A DNA stretch of 64,000 nt, taken from the IMG/VR virus record IMGVR_UViG_2582581026_000003, positions 3,607-67,606 of that record; one strand, 5' to 3'. Origin of the DNA: a virus. Lineage: Duplodnaviria; Caudoviricetes. A program made the translations under genes and the position numbers. Positions 38,745-48,208 of this stretch are shown piece by piece. Below the pieces are notes generated by a model. The model made no database searches and was not told the origin of the DNA. It worked only from the letters and a program-made list of their open reading frames with translations. The stretch's first letter is position 1. Each line of letters starts with the position of its first letter.

Positions 38745-38825
38745 GCCTCGCACCACCCATGAAGCGTACGGAGCATGGGCGCGCGGGCTGCCGGTGTTAT
38801 TCCGTAGCACTGTACTACCGGCTTA
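38745..38825 (-). ncRNA. Putative two-stem cis RNA element in the late leader (copy B)
   Basis: UAAGCCGGUA..CACCGGC-A-GCC..CCGUAC..GGC; second copy at 51739-51809. Confidence 0.5.
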
Positions 38826-38922
38826 TCAGTGTCCAGGCCTCCCGAAGGCTACCCTGGCTGCAGGTAAGATAGAGGGCACAAAAAAGCCCGCACTGAGCAG
38901 GCCTTCAGAATATTTAGAAGAA

Positions 38923-39222
38923 TCAGGCGCCCGATTCAGGGTCGCTCGCGGGTACGCCGCGTGGTTCTTTAGCGTCATCGCCCTGATCGTTCATCTGCGG
39001 ATCGACGCCTGGGGTACCACCACTCCCTGATTCCGGATGCTCGCTTGATACCGAGTTGTTGGCTTCCACGTCAGAAAGCTCTTCCTCGACAGGTGCTTCA
39101 TCATCCGGAGGTAGAGGGACCTCAGATTCTTCACGTCGAGGGTCATGACCGGTTTCGTTATCCGTCGCACGGGTCACGACCTGCTGCGATCTGTTACCAG
39201 GTGCATTCTCGTCAATTTCCAT
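38923..39222 (-). CDS. Acidic low-complexity protein
   Basis: D/E/P-rich 99 aa; GGAG RBS; flanked by terminators. Confidence 0.65.
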   Translation of the reverse strand: MEIDENAPGNRSQQVVTRATDNETGHDPRREESEVPLPPDDEAPVEEELSDVEANNSVSSEHPESGSGGTPGVDPQMNDQGDDAKEPRGVPASDPESGA

Positions 39223-39352
39223 GCTAGCTCTCCGCTCTCATGCGCGGGACACCCACGCTTAAAACTGAGAGGCGATAAAGCAGTGGGAAGTGCCGGGTAT
39301 TGGACGAACGGACGCCAACAAAAAACCCGGCGCAAATGCCGGGTTCTTCACA

Positions 39353-39571
39353 TCAACGCCTGTCATCCGATAATGGCGTTTGTTCATCCGCCTCAGGCGT
39401 TACTCTTTCAGCAGGGTCGTCCCAATCTACTGGACGCTCCTTATCAGGGGTTTTCAACGGATCGTATTTGTTTGGATCATTAGGATCCAGCCTCGGTTCA
39501 TCTGTGCCTGGCTCAGGCTTGGATGGAGTCGAGCCCTGCGCTTGGTCTTCAAAACTCGAATCGGTAGACAT
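39353..39571 (-). CDS. Acidic low-complexity small protein
   Basis: GAGG RBS; D/P-rich. Confidence 0.6.
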   Translation of the reverse strand: MSTDSSFEDQAQGSTPSKPEPGTDEPRLDPNDPNKYDPLKTPDKERPVDWDDPAERVTPEADEQTPLSDDRR

Positions 39572-39768
39572 ACGCACCTCACCAATGAGGTCCAGCTTAT
39601 CTGGGCCGTAATCATTTGAAGCTCTCGGATTCGCTGAGTGCATTCGAGTAGATGAGCGGCAATAAAAAACCCGACGCGATGGCCGGGCTCTTTTGCGATC
39701 TTCGCCAAAGGCGAAATTATCACGATGGGGAAACTATGCCACCACACGTGCGGGAACGCAATAGGCCC

Positions 39769-40359
39769 TCAAGCGGCCTCCTTCATTTCGTACAAAACAG
39801 CCCCAATTGGTGACAGAGCCTTCTTGTCGATGTCCTCGCAGACCTCGAAGCAGATCTCCACAAAAGGCTCCCAGTCCCTGGCCCATGCACACGATGGCAG
39901 GCTCACGCCGTAGACATCATCGATCCACTTTTTGAACCACTCAGGGCTTGCGAAGGGATCTTCACAGGAAGACTGCCCGCCCTGGTGCATGCGGCGGTAC
40001 CGGAACATGACACCTTTGGCCACGTATTCGCACCGCTCACGTTTCGCCGCCGTCATCCGACCAGATCTTGCCAGCGCGTTATTAAACACAACCTCTTCAG
40101 CGGTCTCGCGATCGTCGTCACTGCAGGCCGGTGCGTACATGAAGTTGCCGAAGGCGCGAACCTGGCTGTGCAGCTTGCCGATCGCCGACTGTACCCGCCC
40201 TGCCAGCGCCTGGTGCACTGCATTACTCGCACTGCGCTGCTTTTCAGTGGTCTGCACCATGGCGCCCAGTAGGCCCAGTTGCTCTATGAAGGCGCCTTGG
40301 CTATCCCAGGCCGTGTACAGGCAGTCATGCCATGCTTGGCGTGCACTGTTCAGTTGCAT
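39769..40359 (-). CDS. Late antiterminator Q-like protein
   Basis: Last gene of the pR operon before the late leader; MQLNSARQAWHD motif typical of this position. Confidence 0.65.
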   Translation of the reverse strand: MQLNSARQAWHDCLYTAWDSQGAFIEQLGLLGAMVQTTEKQRSASNAVHQALAGRVQSAIGKLHSQVRAFGNFMYAPACSDDDRETAEEVVFNNALARSGRMTAAKRERCEYVAKGVMFRYRRMHQGGQSSCEDPFASPEWFKKWIDDVYGVSLPSCAWARDWEPFVEICFEVCEDIDKKALSPIGAVLYEMKEAA

Positions 40360-40481
40360 GGGCCGCCCTCCTCGCGCTTGCGCCTCATTGCGATCAGCTG
40401 GCCGCGTCCGAGGCACCAGGTGGATGAAATAACCATAATCAGCAGCAACATGCCGGCCGTATCAATGATGCTCCATGTCAT
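40350..40481 (-). CDS. 43-aa membrane peptide
   Basis: MTWSIIDTAGMLLLIMVISSTWCLGRG..; ATGA-coupled to ninG. Confidence 0.5.
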   Translation of the reverse strand: MTWSIIDTAGMLLLIMVISSTWCLGRGQLIAMRRKREEGGPCN

Positions 40482-41077
40482 GCTGCAGCCTCCTTCAGCT
40501 GTTTGATCTTTGCCCGGTACTCGGCCTTGATGGCCTTCAGGTCTTCGATGGTGTACTTGCTGGCCTGATGAGGCCCTTCCAGCCAGGCCACCCGGTCGGC
40601 ACCGATGCGCTGTACCAGCCGGATGCGGTACTCGACCGCGTTACCGGACAGGTTGCGATTGCACTTCACGCATTGGCGGTGCACGTTGAGCTGCTCGAAG
40701 CGCAGTTCCGGGCAGGCGCCAACAGAGCGGTAATGGCCGGCGTCCCAGCGGCTGCCGGTGATCAGGTCGTGATCGCTGGGCAGTGAGTCGCAGCTGATGC
40801 ATGGCCGGTGCTGGTCGCGCAGGCGGATGTAGGTGTTGAACTCGGTCTGCGCCTCGCGCATGTAGTCGCCGCGGGTCTTGAGCTTCTCCTTGCGAACCTT
40901 GATCTCGCGGCGCTTGCGCTGGTCGATGGCCTTTCGGGCTTTGTCGTGATTCGCCGGCGCCATGGCCAGGGCACACTTCACGCTGCAGGCTTTCTGCGTC
41001 GACAACGATGGCCGGAACTTCCCGCCGCAAGCCTTGCAGGTCTTCTGCTTCACTTCCTTGAGGGCAGTTCGCGTCAT
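40478..41077 (-). CDS. ninG: NinG/Rap-family endonuclease
   Basis: CISC, WDAGHYRSVGA, NVHRQCVKCN. Confidence 0.92.
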   Translation of the reverse strand: MTRTALKEVKQKTCKACGGKFRPSLSTQKACSVKCALAMAPANHDKARKAIDQRKRREIKVRKEKLKTRGDYMREAQTEFNTYIRLRDQHRPCISCDSLPSDHDLITGSRWDAGHYRSVGACPELRFEQLNVHRQCVKCNRNLSGNAVEYRIRLVQRIGADRVAWLEGPHQASKYTIEDLKAIKAEYRAKIKQLKEAAA

Positions 41078-41520
41078 GCAGCCCTCCCGCGGCGCTCGCC
41101 GTAGATCGCCATCATCAGGTCCTCTGGATGCGGCAGGAGCAGCTGTAAGCTCTCGGCGCAGTAAGCGTCCAGCAGCTCGAGGTATTGGGTCATCTGCTGG
41201 GTGCTGAACTTACGAGTCTTGGCTCGACCAACGCGGTACCGGGTGCCGTCGGGTAGCTCCACCGGGTGAACCTCGGCCGGCCACAGCTTGGCAACCAGGA
41301 TCTCGTGCCATTCCTCGCCACTCGCCACCTGGCCGTAGGAGTCGCGCAGATGATCTTGAATCAGGCCGTTCCACATCCACAGCAGACGGTTCTGGGCGTC
41401 GCTGCGCTTGTTCCGAACCTCGACAATGGTCAGGCGACGCGGCTTGGCTAGGTCCAGGCCGGTGAGGTATCTGATCAGGCGGGCGCGGTCTTGCTCAGTA
41501 CGGAGCATCAGGTCAGCCAT
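41074..41520 (-). CDS. ninB: NinB/YbcN-like recombination protein
   Basis: KRSDAQNRLLW motif; position in the nin region. Confidence 0.72.
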   Translation of the reverse strand: MADLMLRTEQDRARLIRYLTGLDLAKPRRLTIVEVRNKRSDAQNRLLWMWNGLIQDHLRDSYGQVASGEEWHEILVAKLWPAEVHPVELPDGTRYRVGRAKTRKFSTQQMTQYLELLDAYCAESLQLLLPHPEDLMMAIYGERRGRAA

Positions 41521-41854
41521 GGGATGCCTCCTTAGCCATGGCCTCATCAACGACAGCATCCGCAATTGCCGAAAACAAAGGCATCCGGCCCTCTTGCCAA
41601 ATCGCCAAAGACGAACCGGTTCCGATGGGACTGCGCACGAAGCGCCAGCGTTGAGCGTCTTTGCGAAGCGCCTCGTTCTCGGCCTCAAGCAGCTCGAGCT
41701 CGGCAAGCAGTTCCAGAGCAACCTCCTCCACCGTTGACTCGCCCAAGAACTCGTCGAGCGCGTCAGTGTGCACCTGCAGGTCCTGGTCGCCGGCCCCCCA
41801 GGCGCCTACCACTGCCCACAGCAGGGGCTGCAATCTCTCCTTGTCGATGGGCAT
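41513..41854 (-). CDS. Hypothetical protein
   Basis: MPIDKERLQ..ALRKDAQRWRFVR; coupled to neighbours. Confidence 0.65.
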   Translation of the reverse strand: MPIDKERLQPLLWAVVGAWGAGDQDLQVHTDALDEFLGESTVEEVALELLAELELLEAENEALRKDAQRWRFVRSPIGTGSSLAIWQEGRMPLFSAIADAVVDEAMAKEASHG

Positions 41855-42657
41855 CAGAACCCCTCCTTGCCGCGCTGAGACTCCCAATTGAACGGGAGCA
41901 CAATCACACCACCCTCGCGGAGGCGGTCGGCAGATCGCTCTCCCATCGCCGAAGGGAGCTCGCGAACATCCAGGTTGGAAATCACGATGGTCGGCAGCAT
42001 CCGCTCGTAGCGGCCGTTGATGATCGAGAACAGGCGGCTCAGCTCGAAGTCGCTTGGTGCCTCCTTGCTGGCACCGACTTCGTCCAGCACAAGCAACGTG
42101 GGGCGCACCAGCGCGTCGAGGATGCTGCCTTCGGTCTGGCTGGAACTGCCGTCGAAGGTTGCACGGATGGACTGCAGAATTCCGCCCAGTGTGCGGTAGG
42201 CAGCGGTGTGCTCGGTGGCGGACATGACGGCCTGGGCCATGGAAACGCCGAGGTGAGTCTTCCCGGTACCGGGGTGACCGACCAGAATCATGCAGCGCCC
42301 AGCCGCAAGGTTCTGCTCGAACTGCTCGACGTACTGTCGACACTTCATCAAGGCCTTGGCCTGGCCCGGGTTCACAGCCTGATAGCTGTCGAAGGTCTTG
42401 CCCTTGAAGCGCTTGGGCACCAGCGCATCACCGAGCTTCCAGGCCAGCTCGTGGCGCTGACGCTCGACAGCTTCCGCCTTCTCCTTCGCGACCAGAGCAG
42501 CCTTGCAGTGCGGGCATGGCGAACGGAACGTGCGGCTCAGCACCCGGGCAACAGTGGCCTGGTACTCGCCGTGCTCCTCGCAGACAGCGATCGATGCGAC
42601 TTGAGGGCTAGCCATGCTGGACAAGTGAACCACTTTCTCAGAACGCATAGGTGCCAT
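41854..42657 (-). CDS. DnaC/IstB-like helicase loader ATPase
   Basis: GHPGTGKTHL, LLVLDEVG, PTIVISN. Confidence 0.92.
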   Translation of the reverse strand: MAPMRSEKVVHLSSMASPQVASIAVCEEHGEYQATVARVLSRTFRSPCPHCKAALVAKEKAEAVERQRHELAWKLGDALVPKRFKGKTFDSYQAVNPGQAKALMKCRQYVEQFEQNLAAGRCMILVGHPGTGKTHLGVSMAQAVMSATEHTAAYRTLGGILQSIRATFDGSSSQTEGSILDALVRPTLLVLDEVGASKEAPSDFELSRLFSIINGRYERMLPTIVISNLDVRELPSAMGERSADRLREGGVIVLPFNWESQRGKEGF

Positions 42658-43438
42658 CCTCCCGCGGGATCAGCCCGGCGGTGTAGTCACGCTCAGCGAA
42701 ACCGTGGTGACGACTGGTTGGCAGATGGTGGACGTTTGCTGGCACCGGCAACTCATCCTCCCAGCGCTTGCCGTTTAGCCAGGTAGCCGGGTGCGGAATG
42801 AACTGGCCGCCATCCTTCGTCCAATCAGCAGACACACTCCAGGCAGCCAACGCGGCGGCCATGCGGTCGAACAGCGCCGAGTGGACCTTTAGCTTGGCCC
42901 AGGCCTTCTGCGCATTCGCCTTACCCACCTTCCGCGGGTAGAGCTTCCAGAACCGATCGAACAAGTCCTCCGGCGACTCGCTCGACGGAGTGAGGGAATC
43001 AGGAATCAGGTTAAGGGAATCAAGAGAGAGGGAATCAGCAGGGAAAGAACTGTTCTCGCCCGGTGCTTGTCCGGTGCTTTCACCATGCTCACCCTGAACA
43101 GGTTGATGCTGGCCTTCTGCTGGAATGGTGCTTGCCGCCTCTTTTACGTGGGGGTTCTGGTGCTTGGACCAGTTCACCACCTGGATTGCCTTGACGCCCG
43201 AGGTTTCGTAGCGGCGAATGAAGCCCTTCAGCTCCAGCGCATCAAGCATGCCGTCGATATCGATATTGTCTGCCGGAAACAGAGCCATCTTCAGGCGCTT
43301 TGGACGATCTTCCAGGCGCCCTTCCCGGTCGGCTTCGGTCCACATGCCGATGAACAGGAGGCGCGCGGCGAAGTCCAGGTCTGCCAGGTCTTCGTTGGAG
43401 AAGAAGCCCGGTTTGATATTTCTCGATCTGGCCATCAT
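42638..43438 (-). CDS. Phage replication initiator
   Basis: MARSRNIKPGFF, FWKLYPRKVGK, HPATWLNGKRWEDE. Confidence 0.88.
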   Translation of the reverse strand: MMARSRNIKPGFFSNEDLADLDFAARLLFIGMWTEADREGRLEDRPKRLKMALFPADNIDIDGMLDALELKGFIRRYETSGVKAIQVVNWSKHQNPHVKEAASTIPAEGQHQPVQGEHGESTGQAPGENSSFPADSLSLDSLNLIPDSLTPSSESPEDLFDRFWKLYPRKVGKANAQKAWAKLKVHSALFDRMAAALAAWSVSADWTKDGGQFIPHPATWLNGKRWEDELPVPANVHHLPTSRHHGFAERDYTAGLIPREDGTYAF

Positions 43439-44178
43439 TGGGCCTCCAGGTTGTACTGAGCCCACAGGCCGGCCACCCAGGTGACGCCCTTCGGGGTAAA
43501 TTTGGTTTGGTTGAATGCATGGCCGCCGTCAGTAGTGCCGGTCTTGATATCGAACCGGCCGGCGTCGATGTGCTGCTGGTACGCCTGCCACTCCCCGCCC
43601 ATGCGGTACATGATCTTCTTGTCGAGCAGGAACTCGCGGAAGCGGGCCTCATTTGCCCGCAGCAGCTTGGCGGTCTGGCGAAAGCCCTTCAGGCCTGTGG
43701 CGTCCACATAACGATCGACGAACTCAACTTTGGGCGCCGCAACGGCTAGGGCCTGGTTGGCGGCCTGCTGCAGCTCGTACTGCTCAGCCCAGGCGCGGGC
43801 GGCGGCTGCCGGGCTGGAGAAGTCGGGCAGTGTCGCAATCACCCGGGCGCCACCCTCTTCCAGTTCGCGCCAGCGCCTGATGACAGCCATGCGCATGATT
43901 GCGCTGTAGCCGGTCAGCAGGCATTCCGTGTGCTCGCGGTCGAGCAGGTATTCGGTCTGGCTTCGGTTCTGCCCGTCTAAGTAGGTGCATCCAAAGTTGG
44001 ATGGATCTTCCTGAAGATCGGCAAGCATGCGCTCGATGTCGCGCTTGACGTGGAAGTGCTGCTTGCCAGTCAGATCGGCGATTTCCCGAGACGACATCGT
44101 GCGCGCCACGTTTTCATGGTTTGCAAATCGTGGCGCGGGCTTGCTCAAGGTATTGCTTGAAAGGGTTTGGCTCTGCAT
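43435..44178 (-). CDS. Rha / KilAC-domain antirepressor
   Basis: MSSREIADLTGKQH (Rha-like), APKVEFVD..FTPKG (KilAC). Confidence 0.88.
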   Translation of the reverse strand: MQSQTLSSNTLSKPAPRFANHENVARTMSSREIADLTGKQHFHVKRDIERMLADLQEDPSNFGCTYLDGQNRSQTEYLLDREHTECLLTGYSAIMRMAVIRRWRELEEGGARVIATLPDFSSPAAAARAWAEQYELQQAANQALAVAAPKVEFVDRYVDATGLKGFRQTAKLLRANEARFREFLLDKKIMYRMGGEWQAYQQHIDAGRFDIKTGTTDGGHAFNQTKFTPKGVTWVAGLWAQYNLEAQ

Positions 44179-44366
44179 AATCAGCCTCACATTGTGTTAT
44201 CGAATCAGCCGACCTCGACCGTCGGCTTTTTTGTGCCTGTCGGGTCCGCATACCTACTAGTGGGTTTGCGAAGGGCCCGATTTGGAGGGTCACGGTTAGC
44301 TCAATCTGGAAAACGGGCTAAAAACGTCTGCCCTCCTCCCTCTGTTTTCCGCGCATGCGCGGAAAG

Positions 44367-44789
44367 TCAGGCGACCTTCACCGAGGCATCCATCACATCC
44401 AGGCTTTGGCGGACGTGGTCGATCTCCTGGCGGATCAGGGCCTTCTCAAATTGGTTGACGTGGTTGTCTTGCAGGGCCTGGTGCACAGCGATTGTCAGAT
44501 CAGCCACCTCTTTGCCAACGCTGATCAGTGATGCGGTCAGCGCCTGTGGCGCCGGAGAAACCTTTGCTACCAGGTCAAAGCCGAATTCATTGGCCAACGC
44601 CGCCAACGGCCGCATGTCGCCGGAATGCAACAGAATCCCGAACAGATGTTCGACGGTCAGGTGGTGAGCATCGTTGTCAGGGTTCGCGCGCTGCAGCAGG
44701 CTCACATGGGGAACGCCCATCTTTGCCGCCAGCGTCTTGGCCTCGTTGTCCAGAACAGCGCTCTGGCAGGCCCGCAGAAAATCTTCCAT
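44367..44789 (-). CDS. CII-family regulatory protein
   Basis: LAAKMG..NPDNDAHHLT; follows cro. Confidence 0.78.
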   Translation of the reverse strand: MEDFLRACQSAVLDNEAKTLAAKMGVPHVSLLQRANPDNDAHHLTVEHLFGILLHSGDMRPLAALANEFGFDLVAKVSPAPQALTASLISVGKEVADLTIAVHQALQDNHVNQFEKALIRQEIDHVRQSLDVMDASVKVA

Positions 44790-44876
44790 TCGTAAAACCT
44801 CAAATTTGTTTCCGTGGTGCCCTGCCAGAGCCTGGGCGATCATTTGCTCGGCGGACCGCTCCGACAGTCAGTTGCG

Positions 44877-45080
44877 TCAAGCTGCGGATCTCTTGGGGCG
44901 CGCCGGGATCGGGCGAATCTCGCTTGCCTCAAGATGGCCGTCAGCAAAAATGGTGATTTCAATGCTTCTTCCGGACCGGACCATTTGCGAAATTGCGCTT
45001 TGGTTCACGCCGAGAGCAGCAGCAAGCACGGCCTGGGTGCCGTGCTCTTCTAGGTATTTGCTCAAAGGAATTTTTTTCAT
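44877..45080 (-). CDS. cro: Cro repressor
   Basis: TQAVLAAALGVNQSAISQMV HTH; divergent from cI. Confidence 0.9.
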   Translation of the reverse strand: MKKIPLSKYLEEHGTQAVLAAALGVNQSAISQMVRSGRSIEITIFADGHLEASEIRPIPARPKRSAA

Positions 45081-45110
45081 GGAATTTCCACGGCTCGTTA
45101 TCTGTCATGG

Positions 45111-45187
45111 ATAGTAGCAGTGCTGCTTTTTATCGGCAACACAATACTAGCAGCGCTGTTTGCGATGATATTAGGTCTACTAATACT
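45111..45187. promoter_or_regulatory. OR operators and pR promoter
   Basis: TAGCAGTGCTGCTT (45115), TAGCAGCGCTGTTT (45148), weaker site near 45170; minus-strand TTGCCG-17-TACTAT. Confidence 0.75.
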
Positions 45188-45196
45188 CTTGTAGGC

Positions 45197-45988
45197 ATGA
45201 AAATACGCCGCCCACTCACCCCCGAAGAAGTCGCCGAAAGCGCCAGGCTCAAGGCTATCTATGAACAGCGAAAGGCTGCTGCCAAGGCCGCCGGGCGTAG
45301 CCTCACCCAAGCGGATGTAGCCGAGGCTTGCGGGTGGTCTGGGCAAAGCGCTTTTAGTCAGTACGCCACCGGCAAGGTGCCACTGAACGTTGAGGCACTT
45401 TTGAAGCTGGCCAAGGCTCTCGACTTCAACGCCAGTGAAGTGAGCTCGCGCTTAATGTCCACAGTTGCGAGCGTTCAGCCGCGTGAGCGCATCCAGCCAA
45501 GCGTTTCGATGTCTGACATTCAGCCCTGGGATGATTCGACGCCCCTCGACGACGATGAGGTCTACGTCCCCTTCCTACGCGAGGTCGAATTAGCTGCCGG
45601 CTCCGGTCGGTTCGTGATTGAAGAAAGCGATCAGGCACGGCTGCGCTTCTTCAAGAAGGATCTGCGCCACAACAGCGTCCAGTTCAGCAGCGCCAAATGC
45701 GTAGTAGTTCGAGGGAACAGCATGCTCCCGGTGCTGCGGGACGGCGCGACGGTCGGCGTGAACACCGGCAAAAACTCGCTCGGCGACATCGTCGATGGCG
45801 ACCTATACGCCATCAATCACAATGGGCAGTTGCGAGTGAAACAGGTGTATCGCCTCCCCAGCGGAATCAGGCTGCGCAGCTTCAACCGCGATGAGCACCC
45901 TGATGAGGACTACACATTTCACCAGATGCAGGAAGAGCAAATCGCGATCCTGGGGCACGTTTTCTGGTGGGGCATGTTTGCCCGCTGA
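45197..45988 (+). CDS. cI: CI-like repressor (HTH plus S24 peptidase)
   Basis: TQADVAEACGWSGQSAFSQY HTH, AG cleavage site, GNSM serine, VKQV lysine. Confidence 0.95.
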   Translation: MKIRRPLTPEEVAESARLKAIYEQRKAAAKAAGRSLTQADVAEACGWSGQSAFSQYATGKVPLNVEALLKLAKALDFNASEVSSRLMSTVASVQPRERIQPSVSMSDIQPWDDSTPLDDDEVYVPFLREVELAAGSGRFVIEESDQARLRFFKKDLRHNSVQFSSAKCVVVRGNSMLPVLRDGATVGVNTGKNSLGDIVDGDLYAINHNGQLRVKQVYRLPSGIRLRSFNRDEHPDEDYTFHQMQEEQIAILGHVFWWGMFAR

Positions 45989-46007
45989 TTAGCAGGAGGC
46001 AAAAGCG

Positions 46008-46244
46008 ATGTCCCTAACCAAGCCCAACCAAGAGCTGCGCCGCGATCTGAAAGAAGCAGCTGCTGCCCTCAAGTGGTCGGGCGTGGATCTGTTCGTTTTT
46101 GCCAAGAAATTGCTTGCTTCCGGCGATGAAGACGGAGCAAACGAGCTTATGCAGATTGCTCTGCGCTTCCAGGATGTCGAGGACAAGCTGGAGGGGTATG
46201 CCGAAGAGGTGAAGGCGGGCCGAGTGAAAAGGACAAAGGAATGA
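46008..46244 (+). CDS. Hypothetical protein
   Basis: AGGAGG RBS; MSLTKPNQELRRDL. Confidence 0.7.
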   Translation: MSLTKPNQELRRDLKEAAAALKWSGVDLFVFAKKLLASGDEDGANELMQIALRFQDVEDKLEGYAEEVKAGRVKRTKE

Positions 46245-46407
46245 GCCCGGGCAAGCCCAACCAAGAGCTGCGCCGAGACCTCCAGGGCCTGGCCTATAGG
46301 ATGAAAGGCTGGCACGGACTGATGGGGCTTTGAGGGCGTAGGCGTCGATGATACACCCTGCAGTCGGATCGAATTAAACTCTTAAAATACTCTCGCGAGA
46401 GACCACC

Positions 46408-46755
46408 ATGACTATGAATGAAATCAAAGCAGGCTACGTAATCAAGCACACCAAAGCCATCAACTACATTTCCGAGCAAGTTGACCAAGCAAACATTGGT
46501 GTGATGCAGTCGAGCACCGGCGCAACCAAGATAGCGATGATTTTCAGCCGCGATATCATAGAAATCTCACATGAGACGCTGGTCGAAGTGCCAAGCGTAC
46601 CAGGAGGCTTGCAACCCCAAGTGCAGCACGATGCTCTTTCCACTTCGCGAGTTCAGTACGCTAACCTAACCATGACAATCGAAGCTGCGGAATCTCTAAT
46701 CCTGGGCCTTCGGCAAACGCTCGACGGATTGAAAGCACAGTCGTCTGAGTCATAA
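46408..46755 (+). CDS. Hypothetical protein (immunity-region cargo)
   Basis: 115-aa ORF separated from the next gene by 2 bp. Confidence 0.65.
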   Translation: MTMNEIKAGYVIKHTKAINYISEQVDQANIGVMQSSTGATKIAMIFSRDIIEISHETLVEVPSVPGGLQPQVQHDALSTSRVQYANLTMTIEAAESLILGLRQTLDGLKAQSSES

Positions 46756-46757
46756 TC

Positions 46758-47468
46758 ATGCAAGAGAGGGTAGTCAAGCTAGTCGCGCTGGAGCATAGCG
46801 AAACAAACAGAGCCCTTGTCGAATTCGCGCTAAGCCAAGGTGGCTACACGGTGCCAAGCGCTGGCCGCATCAGCTCTACAGCATCGTTCTCCGCTGCGTC
46901 CGCGACTAGCGCACTTGGTAGCGATGAAAATGACAAGGACGAACAGAGCGACCATACTGTGGCCATGAACGAAATGAGCATGGATCAATTGGACCGAAAA
47001 CTATCCGCCATTGAAGAGCGGATGGATAGACGCATCCAGAAGATGGCGGATGAGCTACAGCGCGAAATGAAATTGCGCGAACGATCAGCGCGCAGAGAGG
47101 CCATAGCGCATAATGCGGCCCTGAAAGCACATGTTGAGTCAAATGACAAGGCGGTCTCTGCCACCCTGGCTGCACTCCAGCGAACTGAAAAAGAGTTCGG
47201 CACGGTGAAGCAAGCTAACAAAGAGCAGCGTTATTGGATGGCTGGTATTGGCGTGGCGATCGTTCTCGGAATTATGGGCGCGAACGCAACGATCTTTGGG
47301 GGAGGCAAGACGTTCTTCGATGGCGGCAAGGACTCCGTTACCAATCAACAGAGGGTCGAGCTGCTCATTCAAGAGGCCAAAACACAATCAGACGCCAATA
47401 GCGCCTTGCTGAAACAAATTCAGAATCAGCAAGATTCACCGGCGACACCAGGCCCAGTAAAACCATAG
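46758..47468 (+). CDS. Coiled-coil single-TM membrane protein
   Basis: Coiled coil then WMAGIGVAIVLGIMGA TM; terminator at 47486-47510. Confidence 0.7.
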   Translation: MQERVVKLVALEHSETNRALVEFALSQGGYTVPSAGRISSTASFSAASATSALGSDENDKDEQSDHTVAMNEMSMDQLDRKLSAIEERMDRRIQKMADELQREMKLRERSARREAIAHNAALKAHVESNDKAVSATLAALQRTEKEFGTVKQANKEQRYWMAGIGVAIVLGIMGANATIFGGGKTFFDGGKDSVTNQQRVELLIQEAKTQSDANSALLKQIQNQQDSPATPGPVKP

Positions 47469-47616
47469 CTTTTGATCGAATGACTAAAGCCCGCCTAGGC
47501 GGGCTTTTTCATGCCTTCACGAAATTTTCACCCCGGCGCAGGCATGGTGAATTCTCATCCGTGAAACACTTAGCCCGCCCTGCCCCAGGCGGGCTTTTCT
47601 TCGCCTGCGTGATGGC

Positions 47617-48051
47617 CTAGTTCACAGATGCCTGAGCAGGAGCCAAAGGTATCGGGTTGCTCGTCACGTCATCTGGCAGCGTGTACATAGCGCCAGTCAG
47701 TGGGTCGACGATGAGCATTCCGATCAAGCCGCCGATCAGAATATTTCCCCAATACCAACCACTCACTGTAGGCCGCAGGACGTGCACGTCGTCAGGGAAA
47801 CCATCGCGATGAAAGGTTACGGTGTAGGTCTCTCGCTTGAAGTACCCTCTCCCCGTCTCCAGTATCACTTGGTTGGGTGTTTGGCCTTTGTGCACTACGC
47901 GGCCAGCGCTATTGGTGACAGTGAAGGACGTGACGCGCGGTACCGCATACACGCCGACCTTAGGCTTGCTGTCACTCACAATGCTCGCGCAGCCGCTGAG
48001 CGCAACCAATCCAGCCAGTACCGCACCACCTATCACCTTGGAAACCTGCAT
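47617..48051 (-). CDS. Lipoprotein
   Basis: LSGCASIVS lipobox; WYWGNILIGGLIGMLIVDPLTGAMY. Confidence 0.8.
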   Translation of the reverse strand: MQVSKVIGGAVLAGLVALSGCASIVSDSKPKVGVYAVPRVTSFTVTNSAGRVVHKGQTPNQVILETGRGYFKRETYTVTFHRDGFPDDVHVLRPTVSGWYWGNILIGGLIGMLIVDPLTGAMYTLPDDVTSNPIPLAPAQASVN

Positions 48052-48208
48052 CCCACTACTCCATGTCGCCGTCATTGGCCTGGCCGGATATCGACCGCCG
48101 GCGATTGTATCGGAATGATGGCGAATAGACAGCAACCCCGCTGAACGGTCGAATGATGGCGCTGGGTCAAGGTGGTAGAATTCTACCCTTTCGCAAGGAG
48201 AGCATCAT

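Noticed and set aside
38780-38835. Hammerhead ribozyme or tRNA in the late leader (CUGAUAAG)
   Set aside because: No CUGANGA/GAAA core and no cloverleaf with a T-loop.
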